A DNA stretch of 64,000 nt, from the NCBI GenBank assembly GCA_051294375.1, contig CM119264.1, positions 27,857,158 to 27,921,157 of the forward strand, written 5' to 3'. The translations under genes and the position numbers were made by a program. How positions within the stretch are numbered: the first letter of the stretch is position 1; each line of letters starts with the position of its first letter. This stretch comes from Paraspadella gotoi. Lineage: Eukaryota > Animalia > Chaetognatha. A model generated the notes under the pieces. That model was not told where the DNA came from, did no database searches, and saw only the letters and a program-made list of their open reading frames with translations. Positions 52,601 through 64,000 of the stretch are shown here, piece by piece.

Positions 52601-53154
52601 GTATTGCCAAATTGAAATTTACCTCGGGATAATATTTGGATAGTTAGATTCCATGGTAGTAGACTATAATATTGACTGTTGCTTCCCATTGATTTCATTG
52701 AGGATATTAAAATTTTGGAGCTTTGTTCTGGCAGAAAAAAAAAAGAAAAGAATTTGCTTCTGTTTCAATTTCTTTTCATTTTCATTTCAATATTAAAAGA
52801 AAAATCTGATGTTGGTGTCCTCGTGACGGACCTTTTTTTGAGAAGGCGGAGAATGGAGGTGAAAACTTCGGAATCTTTTATAGCCCGTATCTGCCTAAAA
52901 TCAAATCATATAATCAATTAATAATCATTCAGTAACGTTGTTATCATTGTCGTCGAAGCATTATTCATTTTCGTGCCAAAAAATGCAAGATGTGATCAAA
53001 TAAATAACCCAGTGGCTGCGGCACTACATGTAAATCGCTTTCAAGGGCCTTAAATTTAAACCAGTTTACTGTAGCACTAATAATATTTAATTGTGTTATC
53101 AATATTTTTACTTATATCTTTTTTTAATTTTGTATTTTTTTTTAACTTCATTAT

Positions 53155-53462
53155 TTTTTTCAACTATGCATCATTTTTTCAACTTGCATCATTTTTTCAA
53201 CTTGCATCCATTTTTTCTCAACTTGCCATCATTTTTTTCAACTTGCATCATTTTCTCAACTTGGCCATCATTTTTTTTCAACTTGCAATCATTTCTTCAA
53301 ACTTGCATCATTTTTTCAACTTTGCCATAATTTTTTTCAACTTGCATAATTTTTCAACTTGCCATAATTTTTCAACTTTGCATAATTTTTTCAAACTTGC
53401 ATAAATTTTCTTTCAAACTTGCATACTCTTTTTTCAACTTGCCATACTTTTTTCAACTTGCT
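53155..53462. repeat. ~19-bp minisatellite (ttttcaacttgcatcatt)n
   Basis: About 15 imperfect tandem copies. Confidence 0.9.
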
Positions 53463-54905
53463 GTTAATAAAAAATGAATAAAAGCCTCCTAGTAAGAGAA
53501 GAAAAATGATAGAAAAAAAATGACAGAAAAAAATGACCAACAATTCAAGGGTAAAGTAAATCGCTAAAGGCGATTTTTTTTTTTCATCGAAGCCCCTTGC
53601 TGCAGGCTCCTTGAAGCAGCGGGACTCAAACAGACGCACAAAACTCGTCTCTTTTTTTGCTGCTTCAATTGTCGCCTCTCATTGTCGCATTAGGCTCCGC
53701 CATCGTTTCAACATTATCGTCGTCGTTTCCGTCGATCCCGATCCTGTCGGGAGGCTTAATTACTTCTCTTGCTGAGCTCACACCCAGCAAGGCAGGGAAT
53801 TTTTTTATTGCAAAAATAGCATTGGGAAAAACCACTCTAATCCTTAACCCTAATATCATATCCCCTAAATCAACCATTAACATATAACCAAACACAAAAC
53901 AATTAATTTATCGTTCAAATTATCGTCGTCGTTTTTGACAATCCAGATCCTGACACTGAGTATCCAGCCAGATCTCAGAGAGAGAGAAGATAGAGCCGAG
54001 AGAGAGATAATTGATACGCTGATCAGTCATACGGCAAGAGGGCTTCGCATTTGATTACAATTACAAAGGCGATTTGTTACATGGTCTTATTTTTATTCTG
54101 TTCGTTTGTTATCTACCTTGACTGGTGGTTGATTCACTTTCCTCATTGCATGTTTTGTTTATTATTCTCCAAACGCTTGCTTTCGCCAATTCCATTTTTT
54201 TTTTATCAAAATTTTAAAACTTTCTTGGACGAAAAGTAGGATTAAGACCGGTACAATGATTTTTACGGCAACTTTTCCTTTGTTGTTTCTGAGTATCCAT
54301 GGCGTAATGCGATCCTTTCATTATGCCTTTCTTGTTTAGTGCAGGTGAGAGTGAGAGAGAGAGAGTGTATACCTTCTTGAAATTCAAAGAAAAAAAAAAA
54401 TTATCCTTACTGTGAAAAAGTTTTCGAAAATCAATAAAAAGTTTTTGAAACGAAAAAATTCAGATAAAATTAAAAAGAAAGATAAAATAGCGGACTTGTT
54501 CATTAGATAATTTAGGCGATCTTCCCAGGTCCCTTAGCCATCGCTTTTGGCGAAAATAATTATTTTTTTATATTTTTTTGCGTTCACAAGATTTGTCATT
54601 TTCATCTTTTGTACTTTTTTCTATGAAGATGTTTAGAACAAAAAAAGGATGGCATGGGGGACCAAGGATATTCAGGAGAGGGATTATCCTCCGTAACTTC
54701 AAAAACCATTGAATGACCTCCGACAAGTCAATTTGGCGCCACGGAATTTTCAAGGAAATTTAATTGGTTAACTCTATATTTCTCCGCCGTTTTCAGAAAG
54801 ATAGAGGGGGCTGCGGTTTTCGACGTTCTAAAGTAGGAAATTTAGCTCTACTAATGAATATAGGCCCAAAAACTTGTGCTCCTCCCCTTAAAGGTTTAAT
54901 GAGCC

Positions 54906-57330
54906 GAATCAAAGATCATGCTGGATAAAAGACTTAGAAAACTATAGGAATTGAGTAAAAGCATAAACAATAGAAAAACGGCTAAATAAAATATGATAGA
55001 TATTATCGAATAACCTTCCAAAGTCCAACAGGGGCAACGATACTAGCCTATGTATTGAATTGTATTCATAAGGCAACCAGTAGCTAGAAAAGAAGATCCA
55101 AACGGAATCCAAACATTTAAAAGGAAGGAACAGACACCGCGAAAAAATTATGTTGCAGAGTATTGTAACGACGGCGAACGTCACAAGAAAAAAGCATCAA
55201 TCAGCAAACCAACAACAGCAACGACAACAAAAGAACTGCCGAAACACAAAAAAAGCTATCGTGCGTCGGACCTAACGGCCACTCGAGATTCTAAGAACGG
55301 TTTTATAAACTGTTCAGTACGGAAGATCGTTTACGCTTAAACAACACCAAGTTTCAATCACGTGGCGCAAGCCAGAACGTATCCGTTAGATAACGGCGCG
55401 AGGTGGCAAGCTTCATTTCGTTGTTCGTACGTTGTTGTTGTCTGTGTTTAGTTGTTGGACTGAGAGTGCCAGTGTGCAGAAAAAAGCGTGCATGAGATAC
55501 GTGATTTAGGATCAGCGTAAGGAACGTTCGCGAAGGTTGGTTCATTACATGGTTTTTTTGGAGTATCATATAGTATTCCAGATCTAAAAACTGGTGCTTT
55601 TAAACAATGGAAACATAATTGAAATGTTACACCACTTCATTGATTAGCCGGAAGCTAGGTTACTTTGGAAAGTGAATAAAACTGAGACTTGTGAGGAAAA
55701 TTTTATGGGGATACATTTGGAGTGGAGCTCTCGGGAACAAAAAATAAATTTCAGATTATGTCACAATTGATAATTATTCGTGTTAGTAGTCAAAATTATT
55801 AAGTACAAACAATATTTATTTCATGCTTCCGAGTCGGGAACAGTGATGAGAAATTACAATATATGTTGGTAGTATTATCCTTATAAAATTGCGTAAATTT
55901 TTTTTGGATCGATTCATATTCCTCATTAAAAAAAAATAAACAAAAAGGTTATATAAAGCGTTTTTTAAATTTCTAAAGTCTTCAGTTTCCAAATTAGAAA
56001 AATCGTTTTAAATTTTAAACTTTTTCTCTTGTAGTAGAAACTTTATATGACGAAATGTTTTTATTTCATTTTTCGCGATTTCTGCGATTCCATTTCCGCG
56101 NNNNNNNNNNNNNNNNNNNNNNNNNTAAATCAAGATCATGCCTGCGATAAAGACTTAGAAAATAACTATAGGAATTGAGCGGTAAAAAGCATAAACAACT
56201 AGAAAAACGGGCAAATTAAAATTGATAGATTATTATTTCGAAGTAACCTTCCAAAGGTCACAACGAGGGGCAACGATACTAGCCTCATGTATGAATTGTA
56301 GTTTCATAGAGGCTAACCAGTAGCTAGAAAAGAAGATTACCAAACGAAATCCAAAAATTTTTAAATCCAGAACCGGAAACAGATCACCGGCAAAACAAAA
56401 TTATCGGTGTTGACATGATGTGAATTGCTAACGACGGCGACGTCACAAGGAAAAAGCCATCATCAAGCAAACTCAACAACTAGCCAACGCACAACAAAAG
56501 GAACTGGCCGAAACCACAAAAAAGATGCTTATCGGGACGGACCTGCGAAGCGAGCCACTGCGAGTCTTAAGAACGGTTTTATTAAACTGTTCAGTAGGAA
56601 GAATCGTTTACGCCTTTAAACAACCCCCAAGGTTTCAATCAGCTGTGGCGCAAGCCAGAACCGTATTCCGTTAGGGGACGACTAACGGGCGCCGACTAGG
56701 TGGCAGAAGCTTCATGTTGTTCCGTACGGTTGTTGTTAGTCCTGTTGTTATAGTTGTTGATGACGAAAGAGTGCACCCAGTCGGATGCAGAAAAAGTAGA
56801 AAAAGAAAAAATAAAACGAGTGCCTCATGAGGAATGACAAACGTGATTTGGAATCAGACGTTTAAGTGAAAGGAGCGGAGTTCCATAACAGACGAAGATT
56901 TATGACGTATGAGAATTAGTTGAGGAGGAAGAAGCTATTCAATATCAGTTTTCTCCGTACAATTCTACAAACATCTGAGTTCGCTTTTAAACATAACTGG
57001 AAACATAATTTTCATTGAAATCGGGTGGCAATAAACACGAGACTGCTCGAGAAATTATTTTTATGTGGGGGAGACAGAATTACCTGTTACATTGGAGTTG
57101 ATCATTGAATCTAAAATATACATAAAAACTTTTATTAAGATATCGTTCACAAACAGATTAATTATACGATGTATAAGTAGAGGTCATAATTAATTAAGTA
57201 CAAAAACAATATCTTTCATTTATGTTCTGAGTCTGGAACAGTAGTAGCAGAAGGAAAATATATAATATGTGCCTTTTAGTAACTATCCTTCTAAAATCGG
57301 CGGTGAGATGGCCCGAGTCTCCGATCCGAT
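54906..57330. repeat. Noisy tandem duplicate (54906-55900 vs 56126-57330) around a 25-N gap
   Basis: aatcaa(a)gatcatg...gacttagaa...ctataggaattgag occurs on both sides; the second copy is insertion-rich. Confidence 0.8.
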
Positions 57331-57534
57331 TTGCTTTTGGTGGCTTCATACAACTGCGATGATATTATCACAAAGAAAAAACGATTTCTGATACTGTTAC
57401 CCTCAAAGATAATATTGTAATATCTCTAAATCTTTTCATCACTCCACCCTAATCTTTTCAACACTCCACCCTAATGTACATCTCGCAGTCCAAACTTAAT
57501 AATAATAATAATGATAATGATTCCAATAAAGGAA

Positions 57535-57602
57535 GAACTTGGGATTTGAACCAGAGTCCCTGACGATAAAAAGAAAGAGATGTTGCTAATCGCGCCACTT
57601 TG
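57535..57602 (-). mobile_element. tRNA-like/SINE head remnant
   Basis: Reverse complement has TGGCGCGATTAG (A-box-like) and GGTTCAAATCCC (B-box); no cloverleaf could be built. Confidence 0.3.
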
Positions 57603-60600
57603 CGGTTTTAAATGGGAACCAATAGGTAAGAACCGTTGATGCTGGGTGGGGGATCGAAGCGCGTCTCGTCCCGGTGCGATGGGGAGAGAAAGAGAAAGAG
57701 AGAGAGAGGGAGAGAGAGAGGAGACACTGGTAGAGAGAGAGAGGAAGGTGGGGGTTCGGAAGCAACTGACGTTTGAATAGTATACAGTATATAAAATATT
57801 AATATACTAGATCAGTGTTAAAATCCAGAATCTTTAGAGATTGGACAAGTTTTGATTTTCTTTTCAACTAAGATTTTATGATATTCGCCGATGACGGGGC
57901 AAAAGCCCGTCTTGCGAAGAGAATAAAAGTGGAAGGCCACGGCTGCTTGCGTGTGACGTCGTCGTTCGTTTCTCACGCTTTTTTGCCAATCGCTTATTTT
58001 TTTTTTTTAAGAATTGAAGATTAATCAATTAATTAATTAATCATAATGTGATTTCGAATTAAATGATAATATAATTTCTAGTTAATTAAAGTTAAATTAG
58101 GCAATTAAATTAATTAATTTAATCTCAAAATGGTATTGTTAAGGGGTCTTTTCATCACTAACAATGACAAATAGCAATGATGACGATGAGGAATAAAGGC
58201 CGAATAACGAATTGCCTGCATTGATTTGACAGAGCTGATTAATTAATTATATTTGAAATTTGATTAATTAAACTGATTAATTATTTTATTTAATTAATAC
58301 ATCCTTGGCATTTACATTTAAATAAAAGGAAAAAGAAGCATAATCAATTAGATAGAAACAGGGGTTTTTTTTTTTTGTTTTTTTTTTTCCATTTCAAACT
58401 TCATTTCCATTTCTACCGATTCCATCGAAAACTTGATTTCCTGCTCAATCCTCAAGACACCCACGCTTCCCTACCCACACACAAATTTTTTATTCAAATG
58501 TTCTGTACTGAGCATGCACGACATAATAGATTACTTTCTAGGTTGTGTGCCCGGAACAATATTGTGAACCGACTTCTCCAGCCCTTGGAGATCTGCGCCT
58601 GAATGCTACTGACATTCCCCGCACCATGCGCGATATTACTTAAATGGAATTATAGAGTCGGGAAAAATCTGCTGATATAAGCAGATCCGACTTAAAAGCT
58701 GCAAAAGAATAACTTACTTGGACCTGGATATTCGTGGGCCGTTGCGGCGCTGACCAGCTCGGTCAATCGGCCCGCGAATAAAGCATACACAGATGGATGG
58801 CACAGCCGACACAGGAGGTGGAAAGTTGGGAGGGCACGAGGGTATGACAATGTCAAGGACGAAAAAGGGAGACCCAATTTAATACGGCGTTTCGATTGCA
58901 ACGGAAAACGTTACGTTAATTATAAAAAAAGAATCAAACAGACCCAAATTTCACAGCGAGGCCGGGAAAGACGGTTATGTTTATAAAAAAAAATCTACCT
59001 ACCGGAGAGAATCACGGACCGCCGTTGCGCAGTAGGCATACGGATAAACCGATATAAACGGAGGACGTGACCTAATAATGCGTTCTCGAGGTTTGCGCGG
59101 AGGGGGGAAAACTGTCCAGCTTGCTTTCTTTCTTTCTTCTCTCTCTCCTACTTGTCTCTCTCTCTCTCTTTCTCGATCGCCTCTCTGGTAGTTCTCTGCA
59201 GTGATCTCGATCAGTTTTTTTGTACGAAGACGGAAAGATTCTTGATATTTTTCTTTTTAATTTCCTTCTCCAGGTCAAGGGTGTGAGCCCTAATCTGTGT
59301 TAGAGAGAAGAAGTTTTTTTGACAATGAATAGGACATGTTCTGCTTTTTAGGAACAAAGCCTTGATCAGCGAAAAGGGAAGGAGGGGGGGGGGGAAGCGT
59401 TTGTATCCAAAGCCAGAAAAGTATGTGCATTGAAAAGAAATCAAGAAGAGTTAGCCAATCTCTAAAACCTTAGACAAAAACAACGAAAAAGAAAGGCAAT
59501 TAAGTTTTTGAAAAAGAAAAAAAAAGATCGCCAGAGAAATCTCAAAATTTTTGGGTTGGATGAGAATCTGAAAATTGAGTTAAAATGCTATATTAACAAA
59601 GAAAGAACAGCGAGTTGATTGGAACGAATTTTAATAATTTTTTTTTTTTATCAGATCATTAATTTCATCCTGAAAAGAGGAAACTAAAATTTCAAGAATT
59701 TACATTTTGCCGCATTAAATTTTGAGCTCATGCTCAAGCCAGACGATTCCTCCTTTCTCCCTGATGCTTCCTCCAATGGAAGCGATTTGTTTTTATTGGG
59801 GATTTTTATCCAAGATTATAGTGGCAATGTAGTAGGCAGTCATAAAAGTAACATATTAATAAAATAAATTAAATAAAATATGTGTAGCCAATAAACATGT
59901 AGACAGAATGATTGACACTAGTGTTAGTATATCAATGTTTAGGTGATGCCATGATTAATACTGGATCAGAGCGGACGGAGGGCAACATCCAAAACCGGAA
60001 ACAGGGACCAGGTCTCACGCGCGGAATAGGGAAAAGATGTGTGATGTGCCCAAGTGCAACTTTATTTTACAGCATCCTGACCAATGTAATGTTTTGGTTA
60101 GTAAAAAGTAAGAATATATCAATCTTTATTTATTTATAGTGAGAGGTTTTCTGGCGGTATAGGTGAGCCCTCTATCTTGATTAGTAATAGGTGGAATTAA
60201 GAAAAATACATTTAGAATAGTGTCACTTTTTTTGGGTCTTTCTTTTTTTGATTAGGACTTTTTTTACGGTCAGATAATTACAAAAAAAATATACTTGCTA
60301 TCTTGGTTGTTATTAATATTGAATGCCCAGTATATTTTCAATAGGTTTTTTTTGATATTTAATAAAAAATGACTTGAGATTGCCATAGTTGCTGTAGCAT
60401 TTTTAATTTATTAAGTGCTGCCGGGAAAAAGAGAGAGCAGAGAGAGAGAGAGAGAGAGAGAAAGAGAGGAAGAAGAGAGAGAGAGAAAGAGAGAAAGGGA
60501 GAGAGAAAGAGAGAGAGATGAGAGAAGAGCANNNNNNNNNNNNNNNNNNNNNNNNNAAAAAAAAAGAAAAAAGCAAAAACGCTCCAGCTTCATTTTTCTC

Positions 60601-61606
60601 CTTCTATTTTGAGTCTGAAACGAAAACCGACGCGCCTCTGTTTAATTGCGCGTTTTATCTCCGCCGCCTTTCGATTTTTGTTTCCATTCTTGTTTCCCTT
60701 TTGTTTCTTTTTTGTTCTATTTTGTTTCCTCTTCTTTTAATTGTTTTTTTTATTTGTTTTTTTTTTTGAACGAGTAACAATATCAATATTTTTATGTCAT
60801 CATTATAAAAAAGCTTTCTTGTTTTCCCGTTGTTTCGGATCCAACTTTTCGTAGCGTGAAAAACATTAAAGAAGAAGAAAACTTTTATTGTTTACATACA
60901 ACAAAGTTATTTTTATTTACAACAGAAAAAACGGACATGTTCTGGCTAAAATGTTAGCCTACGTCAGCGTATAATTTGTTTGTAATGTAAATCTTGTAAT
61001 ATTGTAATTGAGAACGAATTCGTTTTTTAAAATTTAAAATAAAAACTATTGCTTCTCTTGATATTTGACATTTTAACGTTGTATTTTACTTTTTTCCTGG
61101 TTTTATGATTTTTAACATTAGGCTCTTTGAACGTTCTTAGAATGTATATTTTTTATAGTTTCTTATGAAAAAATTATAAAATTTGAATTTTGAACGTTCT
61201 TCTGAACGTTGTAATTTTATAGTTTCATATGAATTAAGTTCATAATATTTTATTCAATGAGTCGCATTTAAACGTAAGTGTCTTTTGTTTTATGTGAATT
61301 TTAATAAATCAGTTTTCAGCCTTTTGAATTAAAAATAAATAATGTTGCTCTCCTTTTATACTTGATGTTTTTGGTTTACAAAATATGAATTTAGAACCGT
61401 TCTTTTGAACAGTTATAACTTTTGATAGTTTCTATGAATTAGTTCATTAACCATTTTATCTTATGAGTCCATTTAAACGTTAGTGTTCTTGTTAGTGTTT
61501 GTTTCTGTTGAATTCTTGATGTTTTAGTTGTTACTTGCTTTATGTTTTCTACGTTTTATCAACTGATACTGTTTTTGATTTGTCAATACTGGTTTTTGGA
61601 TAATTA

Positions 61607-61642
<36 letters not shown>

Positions 61643-61683
61643 GTTTTCTCTCTACTCATCGTCCTCTCTCTGCTCTCGCCCTC

Positions 61684-62870
61684 ACCTACGCATTTCCTTA
61701 CAGTATCTCGACTCGATATAAAAACCTAATGCCATTGTTATTCAAATTAGCTTTCTACCCTCATAAAGCTTCCCTGTCCCCGGATCAGTCCCCGCCCGAG
61801 CTCAACGACGGGATCAACTCACAATAATCGCTACATTGAAACCTCAACCTCTTTCCTTACCTGTTTTATTTCCATTTCTGTCTCCTATCTTCTGCTCAGC
61901 GTATTAGACGTAAACTGATTAAAAACCATCGAGAATACTTTGAAATAAATTCCTAATTGAAATTTTTTTTTCTTTCTCTCGTTCAAGGAGAAGGGGAGAA
62001 AAGATAATCAGGTTTTTTATCCTCGAGCATTTTTTATTTTTATTCTCTCGTCTCTCTCTTGCATCTCTCGTCTCTCTCTCATGCTCTCTCTCTCTCTCTC
62101 GTCTCTCTCTCTCTCTCTCCTCTCTGTCTCTCTGTTCTCTTTCCGTCTCTCTCTCTCTTTTTTTTTTTGTTCTATCGTGTGCGACTTTGTTTGCAATTTG
62201 TTTCGGCATAACTCTCTCTCTATTTTCCTCTCTCTCTACTACTGCTGATTTCGCGCGCTAAACATTCAACAAATTTACCGAACAAGTAATCATTGGCCTT
62301 TTTGTTTCCAAGCTTGCCAGCCCAGTATTTTACGGCGGCGTGGCGGCTGCCAACTTTATTGCAATAATTGCATCCGGTCTTTTAACGACCATTTTTTGTA
62401 TAAGTTCATCCACAGTCCTTAACGACGGCGTTCACTAATTCTTCGTGATATTTTTACTGGCGCCTCGTTCTCGAGCCACTTTCTTGGGAATGATTCCGCT
62501 TTCACTTTCTTGGNNNNNNNNNNNNNNNNNNNNNNNNNCCTCCTACCATTCCTTACAGTATCTGACTCGATATAAAAACTAATCCATTGTTATTCAATTA
62601 GCTTTTCTCCCTCATAAAGCTTCCCTGTCCCGGATCAGTCCCCCGAGCTCACGACGGGGATCAACTTACAATATCGCTACAAACCTCACCTTCTTTCCTT
62701 ACCTGTTTTATTTCCCTTTCTGTCTCACTATCTCTCTCGCGTCTTAGACGTAAACTGATTAAAAACCATCGAGATAATTTGAAATAAATCTAATTGAATT
62801 TTTTTTCTTTCTCTCGTTCAAGAGAAGGAGAAAGATAATCAGGTTTTTATCCTCGAGCATTTTTTATTTT

Positions 62871-62903
<33 letters not shown>

Positions 62904-63341
62904 NNNNNNNNNNNNNNNNNNNNNNNNNNNNNNNNNNNNNNNNNNNNNNNNNNNNNNNNNNNNNNNNNNNNNNNNNNNNNNNNNNNNNNNNNNNNNNNNN
63001 NNNNNNNNNNNNNNNNNNNNNNNNNNNNNNNNNNNNNNNNNNNNNNNNNNNNNNNNNNNNNNNNNNNNNNNNNNNNNNNNNNNNNNNTTCTCTCTCTCTC
63101 CTGCTGATTTCCCGGCAACTTTCAAACAAATTTACCGACAATCTATTGGCCTTTTGTTTCCAAGTTGCCGCCAGTATTTTCCGCGGCGTGGCGCTCACTT
63201 TATTGCATAATTCATCGGTTCTTTAACGACATTTTGTATAATTCATCACATCCTTAACGACGGCGTTCATAATTCTTCGTGATATTTTTACTGCGCTCGT
63301 CTCGCGCCACTTTCGTTGGGAATGATTCCCTTTCTTTCTTG
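61684..63341. repeat. Noisy tandem duplicate (61684-62513 vs 62539-63341) around a 25-N gap
   Basis: Colinear cctac..cattccttacagtatct...gggaatgattcc...ttcttgg. Confidence 0.85.
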
Positions 63342-63654
63342 GTTCTCTTTGCTCAAATCTTTCTAAAAAATTGAAAGATATTTTGGCACTATTGTCCTAA
63401 CGCACCCCCATTTCGGTTTTTAATCCCTGAACTTAATTCAAACCCAACTTAAAATCTTTCAATTCTTTCTCGTTTACCATAATGTTATGATCTGCTTTAA
63501 ACTGTTATACATTGTATCATCGCAAGAGCATCGGCCTCACCTAAAGCAGAACCGGATCGGAGGACCGGCGATCGCCGCCAGAATGGAATCGCCAAACCAT
63601 AAATTGGTCGAGATGGAACCGGAATTAACCAATCAGCGTTCAGGAACGATGGAA
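63136..63654 (-). other. Candidate exons of an unidentified minus-strand gene (63654-63541 and 63362-63136)
   Basis: ttttgacag|114-nt open exon|gtgagg (phase 1-1), then tttttag|227 nt|gtaaat in the compatible phase but with one in-frame TAA in a noisy duplicated region. No recognisable domain. Confidence 0.3.
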
Positions 63655-64000
63655 CTGTCAAAATCACCATTTGCCTCTATAATATTTATATAATATTCGT
63701 TCTCCTCATCGCTATAAACTCAATCTCCAACCCTAATCAGAAAGGCTTACCAAATCTCTGACCAAAACCGCTAACCTAACCTTACCTAATTATTATCTCT
63801 ATGCCTTAACCTATCATTAAACATTAAAAACTTTAATTGTGAATTTAATCTAAAAAAAGGCACTTTTAGAAAAATGGCGGATCAATCATTATTGGTATTT
63901 TAGGTTGAATTTACCTGACTGTTCCCTTAACCATTCGAGAGGCATTATCGTGACTTTCTTTGGTCCGATAGTCTTGAAACTTGTGATTCGTTCAAAAAAA

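Larger units (their letters stand above)
52190..58190. repeat. Long inverted repeat pair (~52190-52560 and ~57780-58190)
   Basis: gacgtcac..aagcagcc...gacgggcttt..gccccgt...ttagttgaaaa..aaaatcaaa on + is matched in reverse complement at ~57845-57990, with the flanking AT-rich sequence also matching. Confidence 0.75.

Noticed and set aside
58780-58830. TDGW / MDGTAD motifs suggesting a hAT transposase
   Set aside because: Too short, with no supporting open frame or other motifs.

Overview
Eukaryotic (probably invertebrate animal) draft-genome window. It is AT-rich and dense in microsatellites ((AG)n, (ATT)n, (GAC)n, (GGTC)n), has many N gaps, and contains indel-rich near-duplicate blocks next to 25-N gaps that look like uncollapsed haplotypes or long-read gap-fill. 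Most listed ORFs are microsatellite artefacts. Two spliced genes could be assembled by hand. (1) A 7-exon secreted S1A serine protease on + (36009-45321) with an intact His/Asp/Ser triad, a poly-Asp pro-region and a non-tryptic S1 pocket; a partial duplicate lies at ~29310-31764. (2) An unrecognised ~300-aa, two-TM, 7-exon gene (39133-44361) lying wholly inside the last intron of the protease on the SAME strand, the most notable feature here. Two protease donor sites may be non-GT (TTGAGT, possibly ATGAGC). Also present: a tRNA-derived SINE family, a Tc1 transposase 3' end, a non-LTR RT fragment, a possible LINE ORF1 remnant, a HINE-like element, a dispersed ~270-bp repeat family and several minisatellites. 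All gene models are manual and have no transcript support.
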